Of a DNA stretch of 64,000 nt, positions 29,819-40,800 are shown piece after piece. Every line of letters starts with the position of its first letter. The first letter of the stretch is position 1. The translations under genes and the position numbers were made by a program. The stretch is from positions 256,001 through 320,000 of the forward strand of contig JAKFBS010000003.1 of the NCBI GenBank assembly GCA_036677065.1, in the 5' to 3' direction. Below the pieces are notes generated by a model. The model searched no databases, was not told the DNA's origin, and saw only the letters and a list, made by a program, of their open reading frames with translations. The DNA comes from Bdellovibrio sp. GTDB lineage: Bacteria; Bdellovibrionota; Bdellovibrionia; Bdellovibrionales; Bdellovibrionaceae.

Positions 29819-29854
29819 GCTGAGACAAAAAATGCTATCGTAGGAGATACAGAT

Positions 29855-31486
29855 ATGAAAATGAGTAAAACAAAAAAACGTAACCAAAAATTTATCTTTG
29901 TTACCGGAGGAGTTGTCTCTTCAATCGGTAAAGGCTTAACAGCAGCAAGTCTTGGTTCATTATTAGAATCACGCGGCTTTAAAGTTACGATTATGAAATT
30001 TGATCCCTATTTAAACGTCGATCCAGGCACGATGTCGCCGTTACAGCACGGCGAAGTGTTTGTAACTGATGACGGTGCCGAGACCGATTTAGATTTAGGT
30101 CACTACGAGCGTTTTACCAATGCCGTGTTATTGCGTGCAAATTCTGTAAGTGCCGGTCAGATTTATGATTCAGTTATTACGCGCGAGCGTCGCGGTGATT
30201 ATTTAGGTGGAACTGTACAAGTTATTCCGCATATCACTGATGAAATTAAATCCCGCGCTTATGAAGCGGCTCAAGGCAGTGAAATCGCGATTGTAGAGAT
30301 CGGTGGAACTGTTGGTGATATTGAAGCCCAACCATTCTTTGAAGCTATTCGCCAATTACGCTTAGATTTAGGTGAAAACAATACAGCCTTAGTGCATGTG
30401 ACTTATGTGCCTTACATCGCGGTTGCCGGTGAATTAAAATCAAAACCTACCCAGCACTCGGTGAAAGAATTACGCCAAATCGGCCTACAACCTGATTTCT
30501 TAGTTTGCCGTAGCGAAAAAGAAATCGATGAGAGTTTAAAAGCTAAAATCGGCTTATTTTGCTCGATTAAAAAAGAACATGTTATTTCAGCACAAGATTC
30601 TAAATCAATTTACGAAGTGCCATTAAAATTACACAGCGAAAAATTAGATGAATTAATAGTTGAAAGATTAGCTTTAAAAAAATCTAAAGCTAATGTTACT
30701 GGCTGGCAAAAAATCGTTAAGATTCAAAACAACCCAAAAGCGACTGTTAAAATCGCCGTTGTTGGTAAGTACGTTGATCTTAAAGAATCGTACAAATCAT
30801 TACACGAATCATTAGTGCATGGCGCTTTAGCTAACCAGGTAAAAATTGATATCAAGTATGTAGATTCAGAAAAATTAAATGCAAAGAATGTAAAATCACA
30901 GTTAGGTGATGTCACAGGTATTTTAGTTCCTGGTGGATTCGGTACTCGTGGTGTTGAAGGTAAAATTACCGCAATTCAATATGCGCGCGAAAAGAAAGTT
31001 CCATTTTTCGGAATTTGTTTCGGTATGCAATTAGCAGCGATTGAATTTGCGCGTAATGTGTGTGGCTTACATGATGCGACTTCGCGTGAATTTATCGGCG
31101 AAGGCACACGCGGTGGTAATGTTGTGATCGATTCGATGGTTGAACAGCGTGGGTTAACGGATATGGGCGGCACAATGCGCTTAGGGGCATTTAACTGTAA
31201 ATTATTTCCGAAATCATTAGCTGCACGAGTTTACAAAAAGAATATGATTCAAGAGCGTCATCGTCATCGTTTTGAGTTTAATAATAAATACTTAGATTTA
31301 TTTTATAAAAATGGATTACGTGCGACGGGGCTTAATCCTGAACGTAACTTGGTTGAGATTATCGAAAATGCAAATCACCCTTGGTTTATCGGTGTGCAAT
31401 ACCATCCAGAATTTAAATCGAAGCCATTAGATCCACATCCGTTATTTTCAGCTTTCGTTAAAGCCAGCAGTGGAAAGAAAAAATAG
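29855..31486 (+). CDS. pyrG: CTP synthase
   Basis: [23 protein letters not shown]. Confidence 0.99.
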   Translation: MKMSKTKKRNQKFIFVTGGVVSSIGKGLTAASLGSLLESRGFKVTIMKFDPYLNVDPGTMSPLQHGEVFVTDDGAETDLDLGHYERFTNAVLLRANSVSAGQIYDSVITRERRGDYLGGTVQVIPHITDEIKSRAYEAAQGSEIAIVEIGGTVGDIEAQPFFEAIRQLRLDLGENNTALVHVTYVPYIAVAGELKSKPTQHSVKELRQIGLQPDFLVCRSEKEIDESLKAKIGLFCSIKKEHVISAQDSKSIYEVPLKLHSEKLDELIVERLALKKSKANVTGWQKIVKIQNNPKATVKIAVVGKYVDLKESYKSLHESLVHGALANQVKIDIKYVDSEKLNAKNVKSQLGDVTGILVPGGFGTRGVEGKITAIQYAREKKVPFFGICFGMQLAAIEFARNVCGLHDATSREFIGEGTRGGNVVIDSMVEQRGLTDMGGTMRLGAFNCKLFPKSLAARVYKKNMIQERHRHRFEFNNKYLDLFYKNGLRATGLNPERNLVEIIENANHPWFIGVQYHPEFKSKPLDPHPLFSAFVKASSGKKK

Positions 31487-31488
31487 TT

Positions 31489-32466
31489 ATGTCAAAAATT
31501 ATTGAGCGTGCGCAAAGCGTATTAAAATTAGAAGCCGAAAGCGTTTTAAACTTAGTTTCTAAAATAAATGCTGATTTTGAAAAAGCTGTTGAAATGGTTT
31601 TAGCCTGCAAAGGTAAAGTCGTCGTAACGGGGATTGGTAAATCCGGCCAAATCGCACGTAAAATCGCGAGCACTTTTTCTAGCACGGGCACACCTGCTCT
31701 TTATTTGCATCCAGCAGAATCAAGCCACGGCGATTTAGGCGTGATTGGCGATCAAGATATCGTGATTGCGCTTTCATACGGTGGTGAAACTGTTGAATTA
31801 AACCACGTGCTTAATTTTATTTCTCGTCGTGATATCAAAATGATCGCTATGACCGGAAAACCCGAAAGTTCGTTAGCCCAAGCAGCCACAGTAATGATTA
31901 GCACAGCGGTCGAGCGCGAAGCTTGCCCGTTGAACTTGGCTCCAACATCATCAAGCACAGCCATGCTTGCGATGGGTGATGCTTTAGCGATGGCCGTTCT
32001 AGAAATGCGCGGATTCAAAACCGAAAACTTCGCAGAATTTCATCCAGCGGGTTCATTAGGCGCAAAACTTCTTAAAGTAAAAGATGTGATGAAATCAGGT
32101 GCCGCACTACCCATGGTAACTCCAGATACTTCGATGAAAGACATTCTAACTAAAATGACTCATCAAAGCGTACGCGGCGCAGCTGGCGTAATAGATAAAG
32201 ATCAAAATCTAGTAGGCATCATCACAGACGGTGATATCCGCCGCTTCTTAGAAAAAAATCAAAATCCATTCAATGCTTTAGCCAAAGATGTGATGTCGAC
32301 AAATCCAAAAACAATCGACGCCGCCGAATTAGCCGAAAAAGCCCTATTCTTAATGGAGCAATTCAGAATCCAAATGCTGATCGTCTTAGACAAAACCTCA
32401 GCTAAACCCCTACAACCAGTCGGCATGCTAATCTACCCAGACCTACTTGCCGCGAAAATTAGGTAG
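31489..32466 (+). CDS. kdsD: Arabinose-5-phosphate isomerase (SIS + 2 CBS)
   Basis: GIGKSG, HGDLG, EACPLNLAPTSS, GIITDGDIRR. Confidence 0.97.
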   Translation: MSKIIERAQSVLKLEAESVLNLVSKINADFEKAVEMVLACKGKVVVTGIGKSGQIARKIASTFSSTGTPALYLHPAESSHGDLGVIGDQDIVIALSYGGETVELNHVLNFISRRDIKMIAMTGKPESSLAQAATVMISTAVEREACPLNLAPTSSSTAMLAMGDALAMAVLEMRGFKTENFAEFHPAGSLGAKLLKVKDVMKSGAALPMVTPDTSMKDILTKMTHQSVRGAAGVIDKDQNLVGIITDGDIRRFLEKNQNPFNALAKDVMSTNPKTIDAAELAEKALFLMEQFRIQMLIVLDKTSAKPLQPVGMLIYPDLLAAKIR

Positions 32467-32481
32467 GATGTAGGTAGGCCG

Positions 32482-33120
32482 TTACTTTTTGGGAAGCGGC
32501 ATGTCTAGCTGGGAACGATAGCCCTCGCTATTGCGTGGAATTTTAAATTCTTTGCGTCTTAGCGCTAAACGTATGTCTTCTTCTAATTCACTTAAAAATG
32601 GTTCGTTAAGCCAATCATAATCCAGATTTATGTATTTTGTTTTATCATTAAAAAAATCAATCATGCTCCATTTGAATTTTTTTGGATTGGTGTTGAGAGA
32701 AGAATATTTATATTCACTAACAGTGGTACATATTTTGGCTCGAACAGGATTTCTCAAAATATATTTTAAGGCATTCCAATAGTAAACTTCTTCGTAAACG
32801 ATTGACCATTTGTATGGCCCGCCAAAGAAGTGGTTTATGCGAGAGGTATTTCTATTCGACCTCTTGGACACTTCTCTTTGTATATGTTGCATGACGCTGT
32901 CGATGTTGCTCAATGGAGTGCTCACTAAAAGGTGGTAGTGATTAGACATTAAGACGAATGCATGAAAATGACAGCCAAATTGAGTTTGAGCCTGTTCCAT
33001 AACTTCCATGAAAATATCCCAAAGAGCTTCGCAATTAAGATAAAAAAATTCTTTGTTATTTGATCGTCCAGTAATGTGATAAGGGGAGTCGGGTGTGCGA
33101 ATTAAAAGTTTTCTTGCCAT
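32482..33120 (-). CDS. REP-associated tyrosine transposase (Y1/HUH, RAYT family)
   Basis: MARK...YHITGRSNNK, FVLMSNHYHLL (HUH), YILRNPVRA (catalytic Tyr), YKYSS. ATG start at 33120, 212 aa. Confidence 0.92.
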   Translation of the reverse strand: MARKLLIRTPDSPYHITGRSNNKEFFYLNCEALWDIFMEVMEQAQTQFGCHFHAFVLMSNHYHLLVSTPLSNIDSVMQHIQREVSKRSNRNTSRINHFFGGPYKWSIVYEEVYYWNALKYILRNPVRAKICTTVSEYKYSSLNTNPKKFKWSMIDFFNDKTKYINLDYDWLNEPFLSELEEDIRLALRRKEFKIPRNSEGYRSQLDMPLPKK

Positions 33121-33133
33121 AGAAAAGACAATT

Positions 33134-33149
33134 TGCAGATTTAACGCCA
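33134..33149 (-). promoter_or_regulatory. sigma54 (-24/-12) promoter of the RAYT gene
   Basis: TGGCGT-TAAAT-CTGCA, GG-N10-GC; the -12 C is 15 nt before the ATG. Confidence 0.6.
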
Positions 33150-33171
33150 ATATAAATTCTTATTTTAAAGT

Positions 33172-33208
33172 AAAAAAAATCCGACAAACGAATTTAGTTT
33201 GCCGGATT
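33172..33208 (-). terminator. Intrinsic terminator for the beta-barrel gene, inside the element
   Basis: AATCCGGCAAAC-loop-GTTTGTCGGATT followed by a T-tract on the minus strand. Confidence 0.75.
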
Positions 33209-33248
33209 AGTTATATGACAGATTGCATCCCAAAAAGTAACGGCCTAC

Positions 33249-33935
33249 CTAAAAATACGTAGAGATGCCGACGACGGCTTGGAGGCCGGTTGTTGTTACG
33301 TCGCCTGTTGCGGGGCTGGTGCGATCCCATGAGAATACTAGGCCGCCGCGGATACAGTGGTCATCGCTGATGCCGTACCATTTTGCAAATGGACCGACTG
33401 TTAAGCCCATAGAATTAAATGCATCGGCTTCGCCTTGTTTTGTTTGTGCGAAAGTAAATTCTGCATCACCAGAAAAAATTAAATCTGTGCCGATGATATT
33501 GGGTTGAAAGTTATAAGTACCGAAACCGCCCACGCCCCAAGTGTATGAGGGTTTTAAGCTGCCAGATTTTGAGTAATCAAAGACCACTAATGGCCCGTAT
33601 TCGTATTGTTTTTTATTCCAGCCGAACTTTAAAGCCGTGCTGATGGCCATCACAGATTGTGCACCTGCTGTGTCAACTTTTGTATTTGAAAAAGCGAAGT
33701 CTAAACCGATTAAATAATTACGTGAACCCTTACCTGAAGCTACAGGATCCAGTGAAACTTCACCGTCAACTTTACCCACAGCGTAGCTTTCGCCAACTTT
33801 TAATTTTTCGCCTGTTTGGATTTCGACAATCGCGCGATTGCCTTTAACTTGAATCACGTTAAGTTGCTGGGCCTGCGAAAAGCTTGCGCCAAATAGAAAC
33901 ATAATTGTTGTTAGCACAGAGATTTTTAAATTCAT
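33249..33935 (-). CDS. Outer-membrane beta-barrel protein
   Basis: Signal peptide, amphipathic strands, C-terminal YF. SD AGGAG spacing favours ATG 33935. Confidence 0.8.
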   Translation of the reverse strand: MNLKISVLTTIMFLFGASFSQAQQLNVIQVKGNRAIVEIQTGEKLKVGESYAVGKVDGEVSLDPVASGKGSRNYLIGLDFAFSNTKVDTAGAQSVMAISTALKFGWNKKQYEYGPLVVFDYSKSGSLKPSYTWGVGGFGTYNFQPNIIGTDLIFSGDAEFTFAQTKQGEADAFNSMGLTVGPFAKWYGISDDHCIRGGLVFSWDRTSPATGDVTTTGLQAVVGISTYF

Positions 33936-34124
33936 GATGTTCATTCTCCTGATTGAATTGATTGTGCAAGAACGATGAAATATTGGGAATTAAAAAGATG
34001 ACCGCAGACAATCGTCCAGTAGTTTTCACAAACTATGATACATAACTCTTTTTCGCAGGACTAAGGTCGTTGCGGATATTGCGCATGTGTTGCCCCCCGC
34101 AGTTTTATTTTTAACAATGATAGA

Positions 34125-34655
34125 GTGAGTATAGATGTACAAAAATTAAAGAATATTAAGATGTTAGTTTTAGACGTTGACGGAATTTTAACGGATTGTC
34201 GTTTGTGGATGGATTCTGACGGACACTGGAAAAGAATTTATTCTGTTCGTGATGGCGTTGGTATTAAAGCGCTTTTAGAAAACGGCTACAAAGTGGCAGT
34301 CATCACTGGCGCAACCGCTGACGATGTGCGCGCGCGCGTAAAAATGTTAGGAATTTCATACCTCTACGAAGGGGCATTAAATAAAACACCACCGTTTGAA
34401 GACTTGCAAAAACAATCTGGAATTTTACCTTCAGAAATGGCCTACATGGGAGACGATTTTTTTGATGTTCCCATTTTAAATGCCGTGCAGTTTTCAGCGA
34501 CGGTTCCTGATGCTATGGAAGAAGTTTTGGAATGCGTACAATATGTTACTAAACGCCCGGCTGGTAACGGTGCTGTACGCGAAGTTTGTGATTTTATTTT
34601 AAAATATGGTTTTTACTCTAAAGGAAGTCGTGCCGAAGGCGCGCAAGGAAAATAG
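34125..34655 (+). CDS. kdsC: KDO-8-phosphate phosphatase
   Basis: LDVDGILTD, YMGDD, GNGAVREVCD. Confidence 0.95.
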   Translation: MSIDVQKLKNIKMLVLDVDGILTDCRLWMDSDGHWKRIYSVRDGVGIKALLENGYKVAVITGATADDVRARVKMLGISYLYEGALNKTPPFEDLQKQSGILPSEMAYMGDDFFDVPILNAVQFSATVPDAMEEVLECVQYVTKRPAGNGAVREVCDFILKYGFYSKGSRAEGAQGK

Positions 34656-34658
34656 AGC

Positions 34659-35369
34659 ATGACGCTAATTAGAAACATAATGTTTATTCTTTTATTTACA
34701 AGCCTGGCCCACGCTGCTGATCCGGTCGACGTGCCATTGGATGAGCTGGCGCAAGAGTCGGTTTACCCCGTGTTTGATCACCCCCAAAGTGTGAAAAACA
34801 GAAACGTAGCTACTAAGGGCCGCATCGATGTCGGTATCTTTGGTGGATATGCTTTAACAGAACCAATTTATGACACCACAAAATTCGGCGTAGCTGCGAA
34901 TTACCATTTTTCTGAATTACATTCTTTGGGTTTATTATTCAGTCAAAACAGCGCAGGTCTTTCAAAAGACGCTGAGGGCTTGAAAACTGACCAGCGTCTT
35001 GATTTTGATCGTGCGCCAAAGCCAACAAATACAACTATGTTAGATTATAACTTCAAACCGTATTACGGAAAGTTATCACTTTCTAAATTAGCTGTAATCA
35101 ATACGACAATCTACGGTTCTGCAGCAGCCGGTATGGTTGCTTACGAACATAAATCATATCCTGCAATTGCGTTAGGATTGGGCGAAAGATTTTATTTTAA
35201 TAAATCTTTATCTTTAAAAGCAGACCTTCGGTTGTTTGTGCATCAAGCACCGATTCCTTTTTTAAGAGGTCATATTAAAGATACTGATCCAGTACCAACA
35301 GTTGATCAATTTCATGAACGTATTACTTATACGACCAATTTAGAAGTTGGCCTTAACTATTTATTTTAG
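34659..35369 (+). CDS. Outer-membrane beta-barrel, gliding-cluster (GltA/B-like)
   Basis: Signal peptide, PYYGKLS motif, C-terminal YLF; first gene of the cluster. Confidence 0.75.
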   Translation: MTLIRNIMFILLFTSLAHAADPVDVPLDELAQESVYPVFDHPQSVKNRNVATKGRIDVGIFGGYALTEPIYDTTKFGVAANYHFSELHSLGLLFSQNSAGLSKDAEGLKTDQRLDFDRAPKPTNTTMLDYNFKPYYGKLSLSKLAVINTTIYGSAAAGMVAYEHKSYPAIALGLGERFYFNKSLSLKADLRLFVHQAPIPFLRGHIKDTDPVPTVDQFHERITYTTNLEVGLNYLF

Positions 35370-35378
35370 GAGTGAAAA

Positions 35379-36212
35379 GTGAAAATTAATTCTATTTTTA
35401 CAAAATTAATTCTTTTCGCGATGTTTTCCAGCGTGACTGTGAATGCACAACAAACTTTAGATGAAGATGATATCGTAAGTGTTGAAGGCGTTTATTCGAA
35501 TCAACCCGCTGTGAAGGAAACAAAGCCTGCAAAAAATGAAGAAGAGCTGCCAGCGCAGTTAAAACAAAATGCGCAATCTGTGGATGTTAAAAATTTAACA
35601 GATTTAAATCGCCTAGCTCCATTTAGCGAAGTTTCAGTTATTCAGAAGAAATTTATGCCAAAAACGCAGCGTTTTCAGTTTTTCGCAGCTGGAAGTGTAA
35701 TGACAAATACACCTTGGTATAACAACGTAGGCCTAAAACTTAATTTAAGTTACAATTTCACTGAGACATTAGGGTTAGAACTAAGTTCAATGTTTATGAC
35801 AAACGCTAAACGTGAGTCTACAAAAGAAATCTTAGAGGAACATAACCTTGAAGCTGAGCAATTTATCTATACGAAAAGCTACACAGGTTTAGATCTTGTG
35901 TGGAGTCCGATCTACGGAAAAATCTCTAATTTAAATGATACGATTATTCCTTTTGATATGTATTTTTCTTTAGGCGGCGGAACTTCGGCAACGAATTCTC
36001 AAGAAGGCAATAATGCCACTTTTCACTTTGGCTTAGGGCAAATTTTTGCGATCACTAAATCAATGGCCTTTCGCTGGGATTACAGCTTTAACACTTTTTC
36101 TGCGACTCCGGTGGCGACAGCAACTTCAGGAAGCCCTGAAAAAAGTAATTACAATGACTTAGTCTTGTCCGCGGGAATCAGTTTCTTCTTTCCGGAGGCT
36201 TCATACAGATGA
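35379..36212 (+). CDS. Outer-membrane beta-barrel, gliding-cluster (GltA/B-like)
   Basis: VIQKKF, WSPIYGK, FDMYFSLGGG, GISFFFP. Confidence 0.8.
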   Translation: MKINSIFTKLILFAMFSSVTVNAQQTLDEDDIVSVEGVYSNQPAVKETKPAKNEEELPAQLKQNAQSVDVKNLTDLNRLAPFSEVSVIQKKFMPKTQRFQFFAAGSVMTNTPWYNNVGLKLNLSYNFTETLGLELSSMFMTNAKRESTKEILEEHNLEAEQFIYTKSYTGLDLVWSPIYGKISNLNDTIIPFDMYFSLGGGTSATNSQEGNNATFHFGLGQIFAITKSMAFRWDYSFNTFSATPVATATSGSPEKSNYNDLVLSAGISFFFPEASYR

Positions 36213-37813
36213 TTAATTTAAAAACAACCTCAGTATTTTTAGCTTTGGCCGTAGCATTTGCAGCGCCAGATGTTGCGCTTGCTCAAACTAAAAAAGCCAA
36301 AACCATTCCGAAATCGTTTCAGCGTAAAGCTGCACCGAAGGTTTATTCAGATTCTAAAAACTCTGGAGCACGTAATCAGATTCAAGCAGCAATCACTCAG
36401 TTTAAGAATGGAAATTACCAGGCAGCATCGAACACGCTATACGCTTTAACAAAACGCAGGGATTTATTAGCAGAACGCCCGCAATTACGCCTATATTTAG
36501 GTGAAGCGTTGATGGAAATGAACTTAAATCAAACGGCAGCTTTTCAGTTTGTTGATTTAATTAAATCAGGTGATGGCCGTTTTACTCGCCAAGCGATCGA
36601 AAAGTTATTAATCGTAACTGACAGATTAGGTGATGAAACACTTTTAAACTACGCGATTCAACGTATTGACGTATCAAGTGTACCGACTCAGCACCGTGAA
36701 ATGCTTTATTACCGTTTAGGCGAAATTAAATCAGCTAACGGCGATTTCTCTGCTGCGGCCCAATCATTTGCTAAAGTCGGCCCACAAAGCCGTTATTATT
36801 TTAATGCAGTTTATGAATTAGCCTTAGCGCAAGCTGAAGCTAAACAACCAGAACTTGCGATCTCTACTTTTAAAAAGCTTTTAAATGTTCGTGATAACGC
36901 AAAAGTGACTGATACAAATAAAGTAGCAGCCATGATGGGTATTGCGCGCTCAATGTATCAGAAAAAAGACTTTGAAGGCGCGATTAATATGTATTCAAAA
37001 ATTCCTCGTGATCACGTGATGTGGCATGATGCGATGTTTGAAAAAAGCTGGGCGATGTTACGTGCAGCCAGATTTAGATCTGCACTGTCTAACTTTCAGT
37101 CGCTTCATTCAAGTTACTATGAAGACTTTTTTATTCCAGAATCATTACTTTTAAGATCAATCGTTTATTTATACATCTGTAAATATGACGAGATCGAAAA
37201 AGTATTAAGTCTTTATGAAAAACAATACGGGCCGGTGCAATCAAGTATTGAAAATTACTTAAATTCAAGCCGTGCTTCTGAAAGTTATTACTCTGAAGTT
37301 GAAAAAGCTTACATCATGAGAAAAGACGAAGACATCACTAAAAAAACGGTTCTACCGATTAAGGTGGTGAATAAGATTTCTCAAGAGGGTAACGTTCGCC
37401 GTTCTTTAGCTTACATCAAAAAAGTTGTCGAAGAGCGCCGTTTAATTGAAGAGAACCCGAATTTTCGTAACTCTTCTGTAGGTCAATATGCTCTTAAAAT
37501 CTTAAATAACCGACTTAAAGGCGCTAAAGCTTTAACTGGTGATATGGTTAAAGCTCATTTAGAAAACATGAATGTCGAGCTTAAAGATTTACAAGAACAG
37601 GCAAGTCTTATCCGTTACGAGATGATTAACGGTAAAAAAGAGACAATTAAAAAGCGTATTGCAGGAAAAGATCTAACAGATTTGCAAGTGGATGATAAAC
37701 AAGATCGTTCATTCTACGTGCAAAACGGTTACGAGTACTATCCGTTTCAGGGTGAGTACTGGTTAGATGAAGTAGGTAACTATCACTATCTTGGAAAACA
37801 AAGCTGCGAGTAA
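36209..37813 (+). CDS. gltC: Periplasmic TPR protein, GltC-like
   Basis: TPRs; C-terminal YPFQGEYWLDEVGNY...C motif. Confidence 0.8.
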   Translation: MINLKTTSVFLALAVAFAAPDVALAQTKKAKTIPKSFQRKAAPKVYSDSKNSGARNQIQAAITQFKNGNYQAASNTLYALTKRRDLLAERPQLRLYLGEALMEMNLNQTAAFQFVDLIKSGDGRFTRQAIEKLLIVTDRLGDETLLNYAIQRIDVSSVPTQHREMLYYRLGEIKSANGDFSAAAQSFAKVGPQSRYYFNAVYELALAQAEAKQPELAISTFKKLLNVRDNAKVTDTNKVAAMMGIARSMYQKKDFEGAINMYSKIPRDHVMWHDAMFEKSWAMLRAARFRSALSNFQSLHSSYYEDFFIPESLLLRSIVYLYICKYDEIEKVLSLYEKQYGPVQSSIENYLNSSRASESYYSEVEKAYIMRKDEDITKKTVLPIKVVNKISQEGNVRRSLAYIKKVVEERRLIEENPNFRNSSVGQYALKILNNRLKGAKALTGDMVKAHLENMNVELKDLQEQASLIRYEMINGKKETIKKRIAGKDLTDLQVDDKQDRSFYVQNGYEYYPFQGEYWLDEVGNYHYLGKQSCE

Positions 37814-37815
37814 TT

Positions 37816-40800
37816 ATGAAGAAGACGATTCAGTGGTTAATATTTTTTACAGCATTGATTGGCATTTTAGTAGCAAAGGCCGAGATCGCGCACGCGCAGC
37901 CGAAGAAGTCTAAAAAAATGACCGTGGGTGAACTTCTAAGCAAAGTCAGAGATGACAGCCGTGGCGGTAAAATCCAGACGATGCAAAAAAACGATACGAC
38001 TTTACCAGAAACTCAGTTCGCGTTTAAACAACAGCCGCAAACGAATTTATCTTCGGTAAAGCCGCCGCGTTCAACTGAGATTTTAAAATTTGAACCAGGT
38101 GATGACCAAGCAGAATACGAAAAAACTTTAGATCGTCAGATCCAAGAGCTTTATAAGTTAACGAAAAAATTCGAAAACAGCCCAAACCGCGGTGAATTGT
38201 GGTTACGTTTAGCTGAGTTATACGTCGAAAAATCAACTTTAGTTGATTCGCGCAAACAAGATAATTACGATGCGCAATTACGCAATTTTCAAGAAGGTAA
38301 AACCAAAACTAAGCCCCGCTTAGACACGAAAGAGTCGCAGCAGTATAATCGCCGTGCGATTCAGTTGTATGAATGGTTCTTGCGTGATTACCCGAATGAT
38401 GAAAAAGTCAGCCAAGCGTTATTCTTTTTAGGTTACAATTACTTTGAATTAAATGATGCGGCCAAAGGGGCAAGTTACTACGACCAATTAACTCGTCGTT
38501 ACCCTAATTCTCCATTCGTAGGCGAAGCGCACTTTGCCTTAGGTGAATATTATTTTGAAAACGAAAAATGGGCTGATGCCTATAAAGAGTATTCAAAACT
38601 AATTAAGCAAAAACGTCATAGATTGCATTCGTTTTCTTTATACAAAGGCGGCTGGTGTTTATTTCGCTTAGGACGTACTGAAGAGGCGATTAAATATTTA
38701 GATTTTATTATTAAACTAGATGAAAATTCGTCACGTAAAAAGGCTGTTCGCAGATCGAAACTAGAAAATGAAGCCTTACGCGACATCGTGATGTTCTTTT
38801 CTGATATCGCAGATACAAAACGTGCGGTAAATTATTTCAAGAACCTAAATTTACCGGACAGTAACGCTTACATCGAAAAATTAGCTTACTATTATGCTGA
38901 TAAGGGTGGAAAAGATGCTTCTCGCGATGTATTTCGTTATTTAATCAGCGAAGATCCAACTTCGAAAAAAGCTTTTGAATACCAATACCAAATTGTACAG
39001 AATTATTTCTACTCAAAAAATTCGCCGCAATTTAAAGAAGAGTTATATAACTGGATTAATAACTTTAAAAAAGATTCAAACTGGGCAGAGCGTAATAAAA
39101 ATGACCAGGCTTTTTTAGAAAAGTCATACCAATTACGTGAACAAACTTTAAGAAATTACATTTTACAACAGCATCAAACAGCACAAAATTCACGAGCTTC
39201 ATATTCTCGCCAGTTAGCTTTAGATGGATATCAATTATACTTCCAGGAATTTTCTGATTCTACGCAAGTGGCTGATATGCACTTTTTCTATGCCGAGCTG
39301 TTATATGATATGAATAAGTTTGAAGAAGCCGCCACTCATTATACTTGGGTTGCCGAAAATGCTCCAAAAAGTAAGTACGGTGCAAAATCGGCACAGAACT
39401 TATTGTTATCGATTGAAAAAGCTCTTCCAAAAGATGAAGAGTTGGCAAAGCGTAAAGGCGATTCAATTGAACCTATCCCGTTTGATCCAAGAGTTGAAAA
39501 ATTCTTAAAATCAGCGCAATGGTACACTGAAAAATTTCCGAATTCAGAAAAATTGGCTGAGATCAAATTTCGCATGGGTCGTTTGTATTACCAATCGAAT
39601 CACTTTAACGAAGCAGAAGTGCTATTTAAAGAGATCGTGGCTAAATATCCTAAAACTAAGTTTTCTGAGTATTCGGCAAATCTTTTATTAGATATCTACA
39701 ATCTTAAAAAAGATTTCGTGGGCTTAGAAAAAATGGGTGCTGAGCTTTTACAAAATGAATCAATCTCGTCTTCTAAAACAGGATCAGATATTCGTAATGT
39801 ATTAGAGCGAGCAAGCTTTAAAAAAGGCCAAGATTTAGAAACTGATAAAAAATATTTAGAATCAGCTGAACAGTACCAGGCTTTCGCGATACAAAATCCG
39901 AAATCTGAACTGGTTTCAATGGCGTTATTTAATTCAGGCGTTAACTTTGAGCGCTCTGGTAAAAATTATGAAGCGATTCAAAACTACAAAAAGACTTTGG
40001 CAACTAAAGACAAAAATTCAACCGCAGTAAAGCCTAAAGCGCAAAAATTATTAGCTAAGCTTTACCAAGATGCCGGCCAATTTGAAGAGTCGGCTAAATT
40101 ATTTAAACAAGCAGCCAATGATAATCCAAAAGATCCATTAACGCCGAACTATTTATTTAATGCGGCCGTGATGTATGAAGCTTTAGGCAGCAACAAAGAA
40201 GCGATCAGCACTTATAATGAATTTTTAAAAGTGAACAAATCAAATAAAGAAAATTTAGAAACTCTTTATAATTTAGCTGAATTAATGCGTAAATCTGGCA
40301 GCCCGGGTTGGCAGTCGAAATACCGTGAGTACGCTGAATCTGCTCCTAATTCTGCAAAACGGGTAGCTGCGTATTATTATGTCGGTAAAAACGAAGAAAA
40401 CGAAGCTATCGCAGTCTACAACAAACTAAAACAGTCAGAAAGATCTGATGCTGCGAAATACATTGCTAAAATTAAACTTCGCAACGCCGGTGAAATGTAT
40501 AACGAATTAGTGGGTTTGAAAATTCCTGCTGATCCGAAAAAACAAAAAACGATCGTCGATAAAAAATTGGGCTTAGTAACTAAGCTTGGTGAAGTGTTAA
40601 CAGAAACGATCAAGTTAGATTCGGCGGATGAAATCGTATCTTCATTAGATTTATTAGGTGCTACGAATGAGCATATTGGTACGGCAATTGTGAATGCTCC
40701 GGTTCCTGCAGGTTTAAACGATGACCAGAAAAAACAATATGCAGCTGGTATTCAAAAAATCGCTGATCCGTTCTTGAAAAAAGCAGATGACAGTTACAAA

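Larger units (their letters stand above)
32471..33251. mobile_element. RAYT-like HUH element bounded by 24-bp inverted repeats
   Basis: TAGGTAGGCCGTTACTTTTTGGGA at 32471-32494 and its exact reverse complement at 33228-33251; AT-rich interior; no target-site duplication. Confidence 0.85.

Noticed and set aside
29810..29824. Palindrome CTCAGCT-A-AGCTGAG across the kdsB stop
   Set aside because: Only 7-bp arms, no U-tract, single occurrence; could be chance.
32482..33150. IS200/IS605 element with TnpB, or TTG start at 33150
   Set aside because: No tnpB; the protein is longer than IS200 TnpA and has RAYT motifs. The TTG overlaps the sigma54 motif, and MARK at 33120 is the family-typical start.
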